64,000 nucleotides of DNA. Source: Magallana gigas (taxonomy: Eukaryota). This document shows, one piece after another, positions 1 to 10,667 of this stretch. The translations under genes and the position numbers were made by a program. The first letter of the stretch is position 1. Every line of letters starts with the position of its first letter. The DNA lies in NCBI RefSeq assembly GCF_963853765.1, contig NC_088857.1, forward strand, positions 33,728,001 through 33,792,000, given 5' to 3'. The notes under the pieces are model-generated. The model did not search any database and was not told the DNA's origin. It worked only from the letters and a program-made list of their open reading frames with translations.

Positions 1-638
1 TTTCAGAAAATTTAAACATATTTCTAGTCTCTTCCTGCTAAATACTGGATCGTTCAACGAGAATAGGATATCACTATTTCTCTGTACTAGGAATCCAAGT
101 TTTGTCTGTCTGTTTGGGCCATCTAAAAGACTTTTCCCCACCTATCAAAAAATGTGATATGATATCCCTGGTCTTATTTGATAATTTTTTTTAACTTACA
201 GTGTACTATAAACCTTCATACATGGTGGCAACATGCGCGCATCTACTTGATACTTTCATTCACCTAATCACTAACAATATATATGTTCCAGTGCTTGCTT
301 TCTGTAAAACTATTGGTAGGGGTGTCACTCTCACTGCCTTGACAAGGAACAGAGCTCATACAACAAGTTACCCACTCTTTGCAAGCCACATGGTACCAAA
401 TTGACGTTTTTGAAACATGCGTCCCCGTAAAATGATCTGCACGGCTATTACAACTCACAACCCCCCCCCCCCCCCTCCACCACCACCACCACCACCTGTG
501 AAATAACAGCATAATAACCTCTTTTTTGCGATAGTTTTCTCTAACCTTTGGTCTTTTTTGTTCCCAGTATTTCTTTTAAAGCCTCGCATATTTCATTCTA
601 GTCATTATATAAAATTAAAACAGTGGTTATGTATGTTC

Positions 639-1351
639 GTGAATTTCGTTACACTGTTGTAAATTACGTTACACTCTAATACAGACTTAATTACTGATTT
701 AAACACCTAGCGAACCAATGTTTTATATTTATGATATCAAAGTTTAACCTTTATTCTTCATTCTCAATATAAAATTCCAATAATATCATTAAAAATCAAA
801 AAGTTTTCCTCAGTCACAAATAAGCATAATCACACTTCTGGCGATTGTGTACACTACTGCAGAAGTCAGAATGGTTCCCGCGTGTAAACTTTCTTTCTAC
901 AAGTACGTGTATGTTAAGCGGTGTCAGTGAATAAAGATTCATGGTGATTTTGCCCCCAGTTAGGATTAGTAAATTGATCATAACGTAATTCACTGTAACG
1001 TAGTTCACAGTCTTGGCTTTTAATTAGAATATGAAATAAAACTGCGGCAGTTAGAAGCATTGTGTATGTGGTGATTATGATAGGCATCGGTGTGTTCATC
1101 AGTCAGGATAGTTGAAGTTTGTAGCATTCAGGCACTGTGTGCAAGGTTGCGTAACGTAATTCACAATTTAATGTAAAAATGGAAAGTTTTCAAAATTAGT
1201 GATTCTTTTTTTAAAAATGGTATCTTTTGTTAGTGAATCATAATTTTTTTCATATCTTTGTAACATTGTGATCAGTTTTATCAATTTAACCTCACGGTAA
1301 ATGCCTATTACAATTTCATTATTGATGCAAGAAAATCGTAACGTAATTCAC
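639..1351. repeat. Interspersed repeat with inward-facing copies of a GTGAATTACGTTAC motif (probable non-autonomous DNA transposon remnant)
   Basis: Plus-strand copies at ~639 and ~660, reverse copies (TAACGTAATTCAC) at ~982, ~998, ~1152, ~1339. No convincing coding frame and termini not resolved. Confidence 0.4.
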
Positions 1352-2671
1352 AGCATTAAATGGGACACTCAAATTTTGGATTGTAATTTTTTTCTTCGGC
1401 CAATAGTGAGAAAATTTTAGACAAAAAATGTAAAGTCTATCCCTTGATCATTATAATATACATCACTTTGCTTCCTATATTGGTGTTTTTAGATTATTTT
1501 TTGTAACTAAACACGACCACTCTCGTTTGTGACATCCGGTTTTGATCAAATTTGGCTCATAAATTCTTTATTTTAGTACAGTAAATGGGATTAATACATC
1601 GTAATATCTTGATTCATAAGTCAGTCATACCTAGATATTAGATTTTATCCCCTCAACAACTAAAGATGGAGAATTTTGTTTTCAAAAATCGATTGTGACA
1701 ACGAAAACTGGTTTTGGGGCACTTTAACTGACTTTGGATGATTAATGCAGTCATCTTGTGGTTTGGACCAAACAATTTTACTTTATAATGAAACTCATAC
1801 TGATGCGTGAATTTGTCGTCATATCTACACTGAAATGATATGAAGTTGTTATTATATACCGGTATTGAAAGTGCTGACTTATGTTTTATGTTGTACTTAT
1901 AGCGAGATTTCTGTAGTTTAGAGAGAGTTTATTTTTGGCATTCACATTTTTAATGGAGGTTCAAGCTTGTTTAAAAAACATATAGAATATCATATGGTTA
2001 ATTTGAAAAAATATATAATATTGTAAAATCCCCACTGTCCATTCAAGCTTAGGTGGATTTTCAAATATAACGGCAAAACATTTAAAGATATGCATTTAAT
2101 GATTATATGCTTACCTGTTTATAATGTTTTCAACTTTTTAAGGAGTTAATACTCAGTAATATAAACCAGTGCTCAAGCAGTCAAATATTAAATTTAAAGG
2201 AGTGTGTGCTTCTCCTGACATTGATGCTACATGTAATTTCCCAACACGGCAGGCACGTAGCATCCCCACCGTTTGGGGAGCATGTAAAAGATTGAAGTGA
2301 AAGGAAGGAATTAAGTGTGAAATTAAAGTTTTAGGTACACACAACAGCAGCAACACAAAAACAACAATCCCAACAAGGATTTTGGGATTTGATTTTTTTT
2401 TTTATCATTTTTTTAATTATTATTGTTACTTTTTTTTTTGCTTGTCAAGATTTTTTAATGGGTATGCCCCCATCCCCTTTTCGCTTTCAAAAATGATTCT
2501 ACGTGCTTGCACAATGTTGTTAATTAGGAGGCATTCATAGCTTGAGCACGCGTATTTTCTAGTCCAAATTAACTGCCTCTAGTTTAGAATTGAGCAATTG
2601 GAACATCGCTCGGCTTTTTCCATCAAGTCGACTTGTCAGAGAAGGCCAAGCGATGTTCCGATTGGAATTTA

Positions 2672-3181
2672 AAGGGACCTGGACACGATCTCAGATGAAA
2701 ATTTTATTTTTGATTTCTATGTATAAAAAAGTTTAATTATTATTTTGAATGATTCGCCAAAATTTGGATGTTAGAAGTCATGCTACAAGCGAGATACAGG
2801 GGAAAAAAGTCGTTATGTAAACAAAGCTCGAGTCTTATATTTGTTTACAAATACTGTAAAGTAAAGAAACTGCCATTTCTTTATCAAAATGACTTGTGGA
2901 AACAAGACAGACTGATTCACTAGGTTCATAAATGATTTCATTACAAAAAACAGCAACATTAGATTGAACTTTATACCAATACAACAAATATGTAAACATT
3001 AGCAGGACTCGAGTTTTGTTTACAAAACAAAGAATTCTAACCTCTATAACTCGCTTGTAACTCGATATTTGACTTTCAAATTTTGTCAAACCATTGAAAA
3101 CATCTATATTAACAATTTTAGACAAGAATGTTAAAAAAATAAATTTTGACAATTTTGAGCTCAAATCGTATCCAAGTCCTT
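2672..3181. mobile_element. Non-autonomous TIR element, Kolobok-like
   Basis: TTAA on both sides (2668-2671, 3182-3185). TIRs AGGGACCTGGACACGAT / ATCGTATCCAAGTCCTT, 5'-RR..YY-3' termini, internal palindromy (GTAAACAAAGCTCGAGTC / GACTCGAGTTTTGTTTAC). Confidence 0.75.
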
Positions 3182-5351
3182 TTAAGGTGTTTTCTTAAGG
3201 TTGTCCGATCCGATTAAAATTTAAAATAATTATTACTTGTTCTGATACGCGGTATAGCTTAAAAGAACAGTTTTGATTAGATTGAAGGTTGTACAGTTTT
3301 GCCTCCAGCGAAGTTTTTTTCACATGAGACACAAATACTCCTTTTTATTCAGGACTATTAATAAGGGATATTAGAAGGAAAACTAAATTTAACTTCATGT
3401 ACATGTATGTTGGTGCTTTTACATTAATTCTAGATTTATATTTTTAAAAAGTGTTGTTTTATTGTATTTTGCACTGTGTGCAGTTTTATTATCTATTGCT
3501 TACAATGTTACAAGGAAGTACATGTAGAAGAAGAAAAATGTTTGTGAGTGTGTGTGTGTGTGTGTATTCCAAAAAGAATGAAAGGTGATATCGCATAAAT
3601 AATCAAAACAGAAAAAGACATTGAACAATTCAAAAGTGTCTATTCACTGAATAGAAACTTTGGAACTGTTCATTTTCTTTTTCATATTTGATTTGAGAGA
3701 GAGAGAGAGAGAGAGATAGAGAGAGATGTTTTTTATTGGACTAAAATGTTAGTTGTAGCCTTGATATTTAAATTTTGTTTGTTTATTTTGTTAACATTTC
3801 TTTTTTTTTCATAAGATCTAATTTGAGTATTTTAAATAAATAATTGAATGGTCACGGCAGACCATCCCATCCAGCCACTGATTGTTTGAATTTTTAAGAT
3901 AAATGTTTTTTTGGGGGGTTTTTTTTTTGGTATTCTAAAGTCGGCGTAATATATATAGACTGAAAATATGGTCGACTTAATCATAGTTGATTAAAAATTA
4001 TTTAAAATTCAAAACTATAGATGCCCTTTTAAAATGATCTGATTTTTTTTAATTTCGTTTACATAGCAAAGAATGTTATCCGTGGGGAAAACAACAAATA
4101 TTGTTGGGTATTATCTTTTTTGTTGGTCCATAAATTTATGTTTGTTTTCCATTATATTTATAGGGCTCATATTGAGTTCTTTACTTTTGATACTCTTTTA
4201 TTTTCATGTATTTATTTTTATTATTTAAGCATAATATTGTGTAACTTTCGCAATTTTTGATGCACGGAATGAGTGTTGTGTAATTGTGAGTTTACCATCT
4301 AACTCGTATACCGAGTATTATACTGATTTTTGTTTAAGTCTTCACTTACACGTAGTACCCCAATACGATTAAAGTATGCTATTATCTGAGCAAAGTGTTT
4401 TCTTTTCATTGCAAGTAACACACACACACGGAAAGAAGAAAAAATACAAATTTGTGACGTTGCATGGTAGTAAACATAGTATTATATTACATGTATCGGA
4501 TAAGAAATGTTATAATCATATAACACGCTTAACTCAGTTTTGTGCCATTAGTTTGAACGAAAGAAGATGGGTAAATAAGGCGTGTAAACTGTCTATATGA
4601 GGATAAATAAGATACTATAAAATTAAAATATGAACAAATCTCATAATTTCTTTCTAAATTATTGAAAATAATGTATACTTACCATAACATTGATTTTTAA
4701 CCATTAAATATGTTGAATATTTGGAATAGGTTGATTTAAACTGGCGTATGCGTGTCAAAACCTTCAAATAATGTCATTTTTAGAACTCCAATGCCTTTTC
4801 TTATAAAGAGTGGGTCTGAGGTTCATATTTTTGTCATAGTCTGTATAAGGTTTAAAGGAAATCAAATTAACCGATTTCAAACAACGAAAACGTGGAGAGA
4901 TGACCCACTATATTTTTAAAATGTTATATGTTATTTTGTATCGCAACAATTGAACGTTTTAAAAAAAATACAAGTCTGTAAATTCGTGGTTGTAGTCGCA
5001 TATAGCATTTAACAATGGAGTTTGTGTGACTGAAATGGCTCAGTGGTTAGAGCACCAGACAATAGATAATATAGAATTTGGGATTTTAGGTTGCAGGTTC
5101 GATACCACCAAAACTTTTTTTTTTCTTATCATTTGATAAAATATTAAAAACTGAACAGTGTTTAAAATTGGGCCTATGTAAACTTGTATTATAACATTAA
5201 CAAGTATATTTAGTTGGAAAAAATTAAATTTGAAATTGTGTTTTACGACTTAACCAAATGGACATTTGCGCTATCTTGTTCCCCCCATCTTCTTTGATCT
5301 GAAGAGGATTGGGGAATAAGATATGCTCATTTGGTTTCTAAAGTCGTAAAA

Positions 5352-5524
5352 TGGAGGTTTTTAAAGGTAAAACCCCTGTTTACGAGATATCTATACTTAT
5401 TTGCATCAACTTTTTGCATTTTCCCCGAGCTGCCTACGATCATGCCTGAACTTTTGAGACCACCCCTGTGGTATCATCTAGTGTTTACCCATAATGCACA
5501 AGCATACTTCCGTTTCAGTTTTGT
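5352..5524 (-). repeat. DIRS right (3') inverted terminal repeat with 3' extension
   Basis: 5387-5524 is the reverse complement of 10520-10657 (138 bp, 3 mismatches by eye). 5352-5386 is the extension unique to this end. Confidence 0.92.
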
Positions 5525-5563
5525 GAGGGCCTACACAACTAGGACCCAATGAACAGGGGTGGG

Positions 5564-5662
5564 TGATGCAGGTAAGTATAGATATCTCGTAAACAGGGGT
5601 TTTACCTTTAAAAACCTCCAGTTTACATCAATATCTATACTTACCTGCATCAACTTTTTGCA
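5564..5662 (-). repeat. DIRS internal complementary region (ICR)
   Basis: 5564-5620 is complementary to 5352-5408 (2 mismatches) and 5621-5662 is perfectly complementary to 10626-10667 (42 nt). The junction CTCCA|GTTTAC reproduces the end-to-start circle junction. Confidence 0.92.
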
Positions 5663-5749
5663 GAATTTGTAGCAGAAATATTGGGCGGGAGATTACAATC
5701 ACTATCATATAATAGTAAAATAAAGAATACACTCACCCAAAAAGATATT

Positions 5750-8739
5750 CTATTTTTGTTCTTTTTCTTTTGCCCATCTCGATGTATCAAGGACTGATGA
5801 CTTGGCAAAGCGAGCTTCTCCTTGAGGAACATCTCTCATATAGAATGAAGTAAAGGTGTTTTCTGTTGCCCAATGAGCTGTCTGTAGAATTTCTTCTAAA
5901 GTTGCACCATTGAAAAGGGCCCATGAAGTTGCAAATCGTCTTGTATTATGTGCACGCACATGAGATAAAGTCTCACTGTTATGTTCATACACAAACTTTA
6001 CTAGTGACACAATCCATCTTGAAATTGAATTCTTGGATGCTGGTTTTTGTGAGTCCGATTTGTAAGTCAAGAATAAACACTTTTCATCACCACGAGAATA
6101 CTCTGTCCTTTTTAGGTACATTTTAAGTGCTCTACAAGGACACAAAAGCAAGTCTCTACTGTCTGTTGCAAAGCTATTAAACTCTATTAAACTTTCCTAA
6201 TCTCTGAGTTTTGGCTAAAACTGTATATTTGGTAATAAACGTATTCCATTCTGCTCAAGACGTAAATGTGACTCTCCAATTGAAAGAGCTTGAATTTCGC
6301 TTACTCTTGATGCTGTTGCCAGAGCTACAAGGAACACTGTCTTCCATATAAGGTACTTCATATCGCATGAATTCATCGGTTCAAATGGGGAGTCACGCAA
6401 CTTCCAAAGGAGAGTCGGCAAATCCCAATTTGGAAGTAATGGTCGTACATTAATGGTTCAGAATTGTATATTCCTTTTATTAACTTTGACAGATCAGTGT
6501 TGTTACTGACAGAACTATTGCTCCAACCCTTATGCATAGATGATATCGCTGACCTATAACCCATTAACGTATTTGGCTTACAATTACGTTCTTCATGCAA
6601 ATAGATGAAGAAGTCTGCTAAATCAGCTACAGTGGCCTCAACTGAATCCTTTTGGTTCTTGGCACACCATTCCTTGTAGATTCGTATTCTAGCATCATAC
6701 ATTTTTCTTGTTGACTGTCTTCGGGAGTTGAAGATAAATGACTTAGCTTTCTCAGAAAATCTATTCTCTGTTCTTTGTTGTTTGAAATTTTCCAAACCGC
6801 CAGATGCAGACTTTCTGGACTTGGATGAATGAACTGCCCTCTTCTTTGAGTCAACATGTCTCTTATTATTGGAAGTTCCCTTGGAATGTCAACCAATAGA
6901 TGTAATAGGTCTGGAAACCATGACTGTCTTGGTGAAAACGGAGCGATGAGGAGAAGAACACACGACTCCTGTTCCACTTTCCTGAGTACTTTCGGAATTA
7001 ATATGGGAGGAGGAAATGCATATGCAAACATTCCTGTCCAATCTACAGCTAGCGCATCGCATTCCCATGCCAAGGGGTCTGGAAACGGAGAACAAAACAC
7101 TGTTAGTTTCCGGTTTTCCCTTGTTGCGAATAAATCTATGTTTGGACTGGGAAAAACTCGAAAATTCTGCTGAACTATTCCTTGGTTGACACTCCATTCT
7201 GTCATCTTGGGAACTTGTCGCCCTCTGGACAACTGATCCGCTATTACATTCCTTTTCCCTGGAACATGAGCTGCTTTCAGCTGTATCCCGAGAAGGTGAC
7301 ACCAATGCAGAATCCTCCATGTCATCACGCATAGGGCTGCAGACTTTGTCCCCCCTTGGCGATTGATGTAAGACACTACTGTTGAATTGTCTGTCCTCAG
7401 CAAGACTTGCCTGTGTTTGACATTGTCCCTGAAGTGATGAAGTGCATTCTCCACTGCACTGAGTTCCAACAGATTTATATGTGATGACTGTTCTATCACT
7501 GTCCATTTTCCTGACACATTGCGATCCTCTAGGTGGGCTCCCCACCCGTAAGTTGATCCATCCGTCCACAAGGTTAGGTCTGCTCTGAAGCTCAAAATAG
7601 ACGTCCCCGCCAGAACGTTCCCTCTCTCTATCCACCAGAGAAGATGTGGGATGAGGAAACAGTCGATTTGAATCATATGATCCAGCTCGTCCACATGTGG
7701 ACGCCACTGGGACAGAAGGCAGAACTGAATGGGACGCATCTTGAGTCTGGCAAGAGGTACCAAATCTATACAGGCTGCCATTAAACCAAGGACTCTGAGG
7801 AACCTACGTGCTGGGATAAAAGATTCCATAACCATGGTAGAAATTGCCCCACGCAGACTGAGTAAACGGTCCAAACTGGGGTAGACCATACCCTGTTGGA
7901 GGTTGAATAGTGCTCCAAGATAAGTTATCTGTTGCGTTGGTTGCAGAATTGACTTGAATTGATTTATTACCAGGCCCAAGTCCATCAGCAGAAACAAAGT
8001 TCTCCTTAGTTGATGAACTAATGTCATTCGATCTGCATTTTTGAGAAGCCAATCGTCCAGGTACATATAAATGGAAATCTGTTGACTTCTTAGATGTGCA
8101 CCTATTGCCCCCATTAATTTCGTAAACACTTTTGGGGCTGTTGCTAGACCGAAGGGCATTGACCTGAATTGATAATGGATATTGTCTATGCAAAACTTGA
8201 GGTATTTCATGTCTTCTGGATAAATTGGAACATGTAGATATGCATCCTTTAGATCTATTGATGCCACCCAGTCTCCTACATTCAGAGCCTGTATTATTGA
8301 CCTTAGAGATTCCATCTTGAAATGTTGATTTTGGAGAAATATATCTAACGGTTTCAAATTGAGAATCGGACGGTAACCTCCGTCTCGTTTTGGAACAACA
8401 AAAAAGGTGCTGTAAAACCCCTGACCTTCCTGGGTCTTGGGAACAATCTCTATGGCATGTTTTCCTAATAAACTTTCTATTTCTTCTAAAATACATTGTC
8501 TTTGGACGACATCTTGTACATTTGTTATTCTTACTCCTGTATTTGGAGGATGTTTTATGAACACAAGTTTGAGTCCTTCCTGGACTATTTTTAAAATCCA
8601 ATCGTCGGATGTAATTTTCATCCATTCCCTGTGGTACGAAATGATCCGACAGCCTACTTTGGCTGATTTCTGCAACTCGAGTCGAGTCTCTAATTGATCC
8701 GTCAAAATTACCTTGGGGGGGGGGGGGGCGAAACCCCAA
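5750..8739 (-). pseudogene. DIRS ORF3 / tyrosine recombinase, fragmented
   Basis: Track ORFs 7804-8739, 6889-7707 and 6373-6795 share one frame overlapping pol. A frameshift near 6450, TAG at 6215-6217 and an apparent deletion follow, then 5750-6151. YR catalytic motifs are present: SRVSEI, RAHNTRR, AHW, FTSFY. Confidence 0.88.
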
Positions 8740-10451
8740 AGATCTTGTGCAGAGCCACGAATTTGACCTCTGAAGGAACCTTTCGAATTGAAATTTCGTC
8801 CTCTTCCTATAGCAGTCTTTTGATTCTTTTCTGCAGCAAACTTTCCTTTCTTTGCAAAGGATGACTGCTGTTCTTTCGGTTTCGAGGTGCCCACTGAATC
8901 ATCTCTCTTTCTTTTCCTTGCAGAACTGAGGGCTGAACCATCTCTCTGCTTTGAGCCCCTCAGGTGTTGTGTTTCCTTAGCATCGCGCATACTTTCTGCA
9001 CTTGCATGAAGAATATCAAAATACTTCCCACAAAAGAGCTTAGGATTCAGAGTTGTCTGTACCAGTAGTTTGTTTTCAGTTGCTTTGTTTTTAAAAGCCA
9101 AATCCTCAATGTGAATGGCTATGCGGGCTGCAACTGCACCCACTAATATGCGGGAAGTAACATCAGCCATTGACTTGAACACCTGCATGAGTGCCTGTAG
9201 GGCCTCTGTTTTGTCCTCATCAGATACAACGTTATCAACGTAGGACGTAATTAGAGAGGCATATGATAACTCTCTAAGAAGAAGTCGAGATCCTTGATCT
9301 ATCTTCCATAACTCATTGTTGCGAGAATGCAACATAGGGTTGCGGAAACGGTAAGAATTTTTGTTTCCTTTTCTCCCTGTTGTAAAACTGCTGTCCTCAA
9401 TGTTGTCATTAAGGCGCGGCGTTGTGCAATACTTGTCAAAGTCGGAGGAAGTGACTCTGTATTTTTCATCATCTGATGCTTTATAAGTCCGAATTGCACC
9501 TTTTCGCTGGAATTCTTCTTCAACATCTGTTAATGTGTTCAAAATGTACCCATCCATAGGCAAAGACTGTTGTGGGGTAGATGATGTTGTCCCAATCAAA
9601 CGATTTGACATGTATGATTTGAAGTCTCGGCTCTGAGTTTCAGAGGCATCAACTGAGTTGATGTTCAGTTCTGTAGACACTTTTTTAACAAATTTTTTCC
9701 AGTCTACCATGCATGAACCAATAGAGTCTGTGTCATGCGTATGTACTGAACCCAAGACAGAGTTATCAAACTCTGAACGATTGTCCTCGTGAACATCAAT
9801 AACATCATCAAGTGAATTGCTTAAGACTTGATCAGTTTCACCTCTGTGGCTTACCAGATCATCGTCATCCGATTCTCTGGGGCGTTGATCATCTGACGGT
9901 CGAAATCTATCGAACCTGTTACACGCTCTATCTGAACGAACGTCAGACGTAATAGCAATAGTCGGTTGTTTACTCGAATCATGGACCAACTCTTTAATTC
10001 TAGCGTCAATCAACCTTTTCATGCAATTCTCTTGATATTGCTGCCATTGGGCTTCGAAATTTCCCAACATGAAAGGCGGAAAATTACCTACTTGAGGTGG
10101 GACTGAATCCTGCGTAAAGTCGCCGCCATTTTGACTCGTTTCTGTCGGAGAAAGATTTTCTGATGCAGCTATGTTTCCCGCAGAGGAAACTTGACTATCA
10201 GAACGATTGCCACTATTCCCCACAGAGGGAACTTCTGGATTTGGCAATGTAGCTGACTTTCTCCCCGCTTCAGTTTTTTTTTGCTCGATCATCTTTCTGA
10301 TCAACGTCCGTTTTTCCTCTGACCTTTGAATACTGCAAATTTCGCATGGAAACGCTTCGTTGCAAACTCTGTGTCTATAGCACTCTAAGTGGTCATCCAA
10401 AACGGTCATTTCTCTATTACATTTTACGCAAATTTTAAATGAATCAGACAT
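6627..10451 (-). CDS. DIRS gag-pol polyprotein (Cys/His-rich N-terminus, gag-like, reverse transcriptase, RNase H, DNA N6-adenine methyltransferase-like), 1274 aa
   Basis: N-terminal CxxC..HxxC..C..CxxC. RT: FYSTFFVVPK, RPILNLK, IDLKDAYLHVP, PFGLATAP, YLDD. RNase H: WTDGS, HINLLEL, TDN, NVIADQLSR. MTase: IDLFAT, YAFPP. Gag and pol are joined across a C14 run. Confidence 0.9.
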   Translation of the reverse strand: MSDSFKICVKCNREMTVLDDHLECYRHRVCNEAFPCEICSIQRSEEKRTLIRKMIEQKKTEAGRKSATLPNPEVPSVGNSGNRSDSQVSSAGNIAASENLSPTETSQNGGDFTQDSVPPQVGNFPPFMLGNFEAQWQQYQENCMKRLIDARIKELVHDSSKQPTIAITSDVRSDRACNRFDRFRPSDDQRPRESDDDDLVSHRGETDQVLSNSLDDVIDVHEDNRSEFDNSVLGSVHTHDTDSIGSCMVDWKKFVKKVSTELNINSVDASETQSRDFKSYMSNRLIGTTSSTPQQSLPMDGYILNTLTDVEEEFQRKGAIRTYKASDDEKYRVTSSDFDKYCTTPRLNDNIEDSSFTTGRKGNKNSYRFRNPMLHSRNNELWKIDQGSRLLLRELSYASLITSYVDNVVSDEDKTEALQALMQVFKSMADVTSRILVGAVAARIAIHIEDLAFKNKATENKLLVQTTLNPKLFCGKYFDILHASAESMRDAKETQHLRGSKQRDGSALSSARKRKRDDSVGTSKPKEQQSSFAKKGKFAAEKNQKTAIGRGRNFNSKGSFRGQIRGSAQDLWGFAPPPPKVILTDQLETRLELQKSAKVGCRIISYHREWMKITSDDWILKIVQEGLKLVFIKHPPNTGVRITNVQDVVQRQCILEEIESLLGKHAIEIVPKTQEGQGFYSTFFVVPKRDGGYRPILNLKPLDIFLQNQHFKMESLRSIIQALNVGDWVASIDLKDAYLHVPIYPEDMKYLKFCIDNIHYQFRSMPFGLATAPKVFTKLMGAIGAHLRSQQISIYMYLDDWLLKNADRMTLVHQLRRTLFLLMDLGLVINQFKSILQPTQQITYLGALFNLQQGMVYPSLDRLLSLRGAISTMVMESFIPARRFLRVLGLMAACIDLVPLARLKMRPIQFCLLSQWRPHVDELDHMIQIDCFLIPHLLWWIERGNVLAGTSILSFRADLTLWTDGSTYGWGAHLEDRNVSGKWTVIEQSSHINLLELSAVENALHHFRDNVKHRQVLLRTDNSTVVSYINRQGGTKSAALCVMTWRILHWCHLLGIQLKAAHVPGKRNVIADQLSRGRQVPKMTEWSVNQGIVQQNFRVFPSPNIDLFATRENRKLTVFCSPFPDPLAWECDALAVDWTGMFAYAFPPPILIPKVLRKVEQESCVLLLIAPFSPRQSWFPDLLHLLVDIPRELPIIRDMLTQRRGQFIHPSPESLHLAVWKISNNKEQRIDFLRKLSHLSSTPEDSQQEKCMMLEYESTRNGVPRTKRIQLRPL

Positions 10452-10519
10452 TTTAAGACCGCAGGCTTAAGAAATTTTCATCGAAGAAAAACACGCGGCT
10501 TTTCTTCTTGAATGCCCGA

Positions 10520-10667
10520 ACAAAACTGAAACGGAAGTATGCTTGTGCATTATGGGAAAACACTAGATGATACCACAGGGGTGGTCTCAAAAGTTCAGGC
10601 ATGATCGTAGGCAGCTCGGGGAAAATGCAAAAAGTTGATGCAGGTAAGTATAGATATTGATGTAAAC
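10520..10667 (-). repeat. DIRS left (5') inverted terminal repeat
   Basis: Reverse complement of 5387-5524. The sense strand starts GTTTACATCAATATCTATACTTACCTG. Confidence 0.92.

Larger units (their letters stand above)
5352..10667 (-). mobile_element. DIRS1-like tyrosine-recombinase retrotransposon, structurally complete, recombinase frame disrupted
   Basis: Non-identical ITRs, an ICR complementary to both termini, gag + RT (YLDD) + RNase H + N6-adenine methyltransferase-like domain, an overlapping tyrosine recombinase frame, and no target-site duplication. Confidence 0.95.

Noticed and set aside
201-512. Track ORFs 201-404 (+) and 264-512 (-) and a possible acceptor at ~200
   Set aside because: No recognisable motif in any frame, one ORF crosses a C run and CAC repeat, and there is no upstream context to test an exon.
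6856-8697. Plus-strand ORFs 6856-7173 and 8437-8697
   Set aside because: Antisense shadows of the constrained dual-coding pol region with no motifs.
5352-10667. Classification as an LTR (Gypsy/BEL) retrotransposon or endogenous virus
   Set aside because: No protease, DDE integrase, direct LTRs or TSD. Inverted termini, ICR and tyrosine recombinase indicate DIRS.
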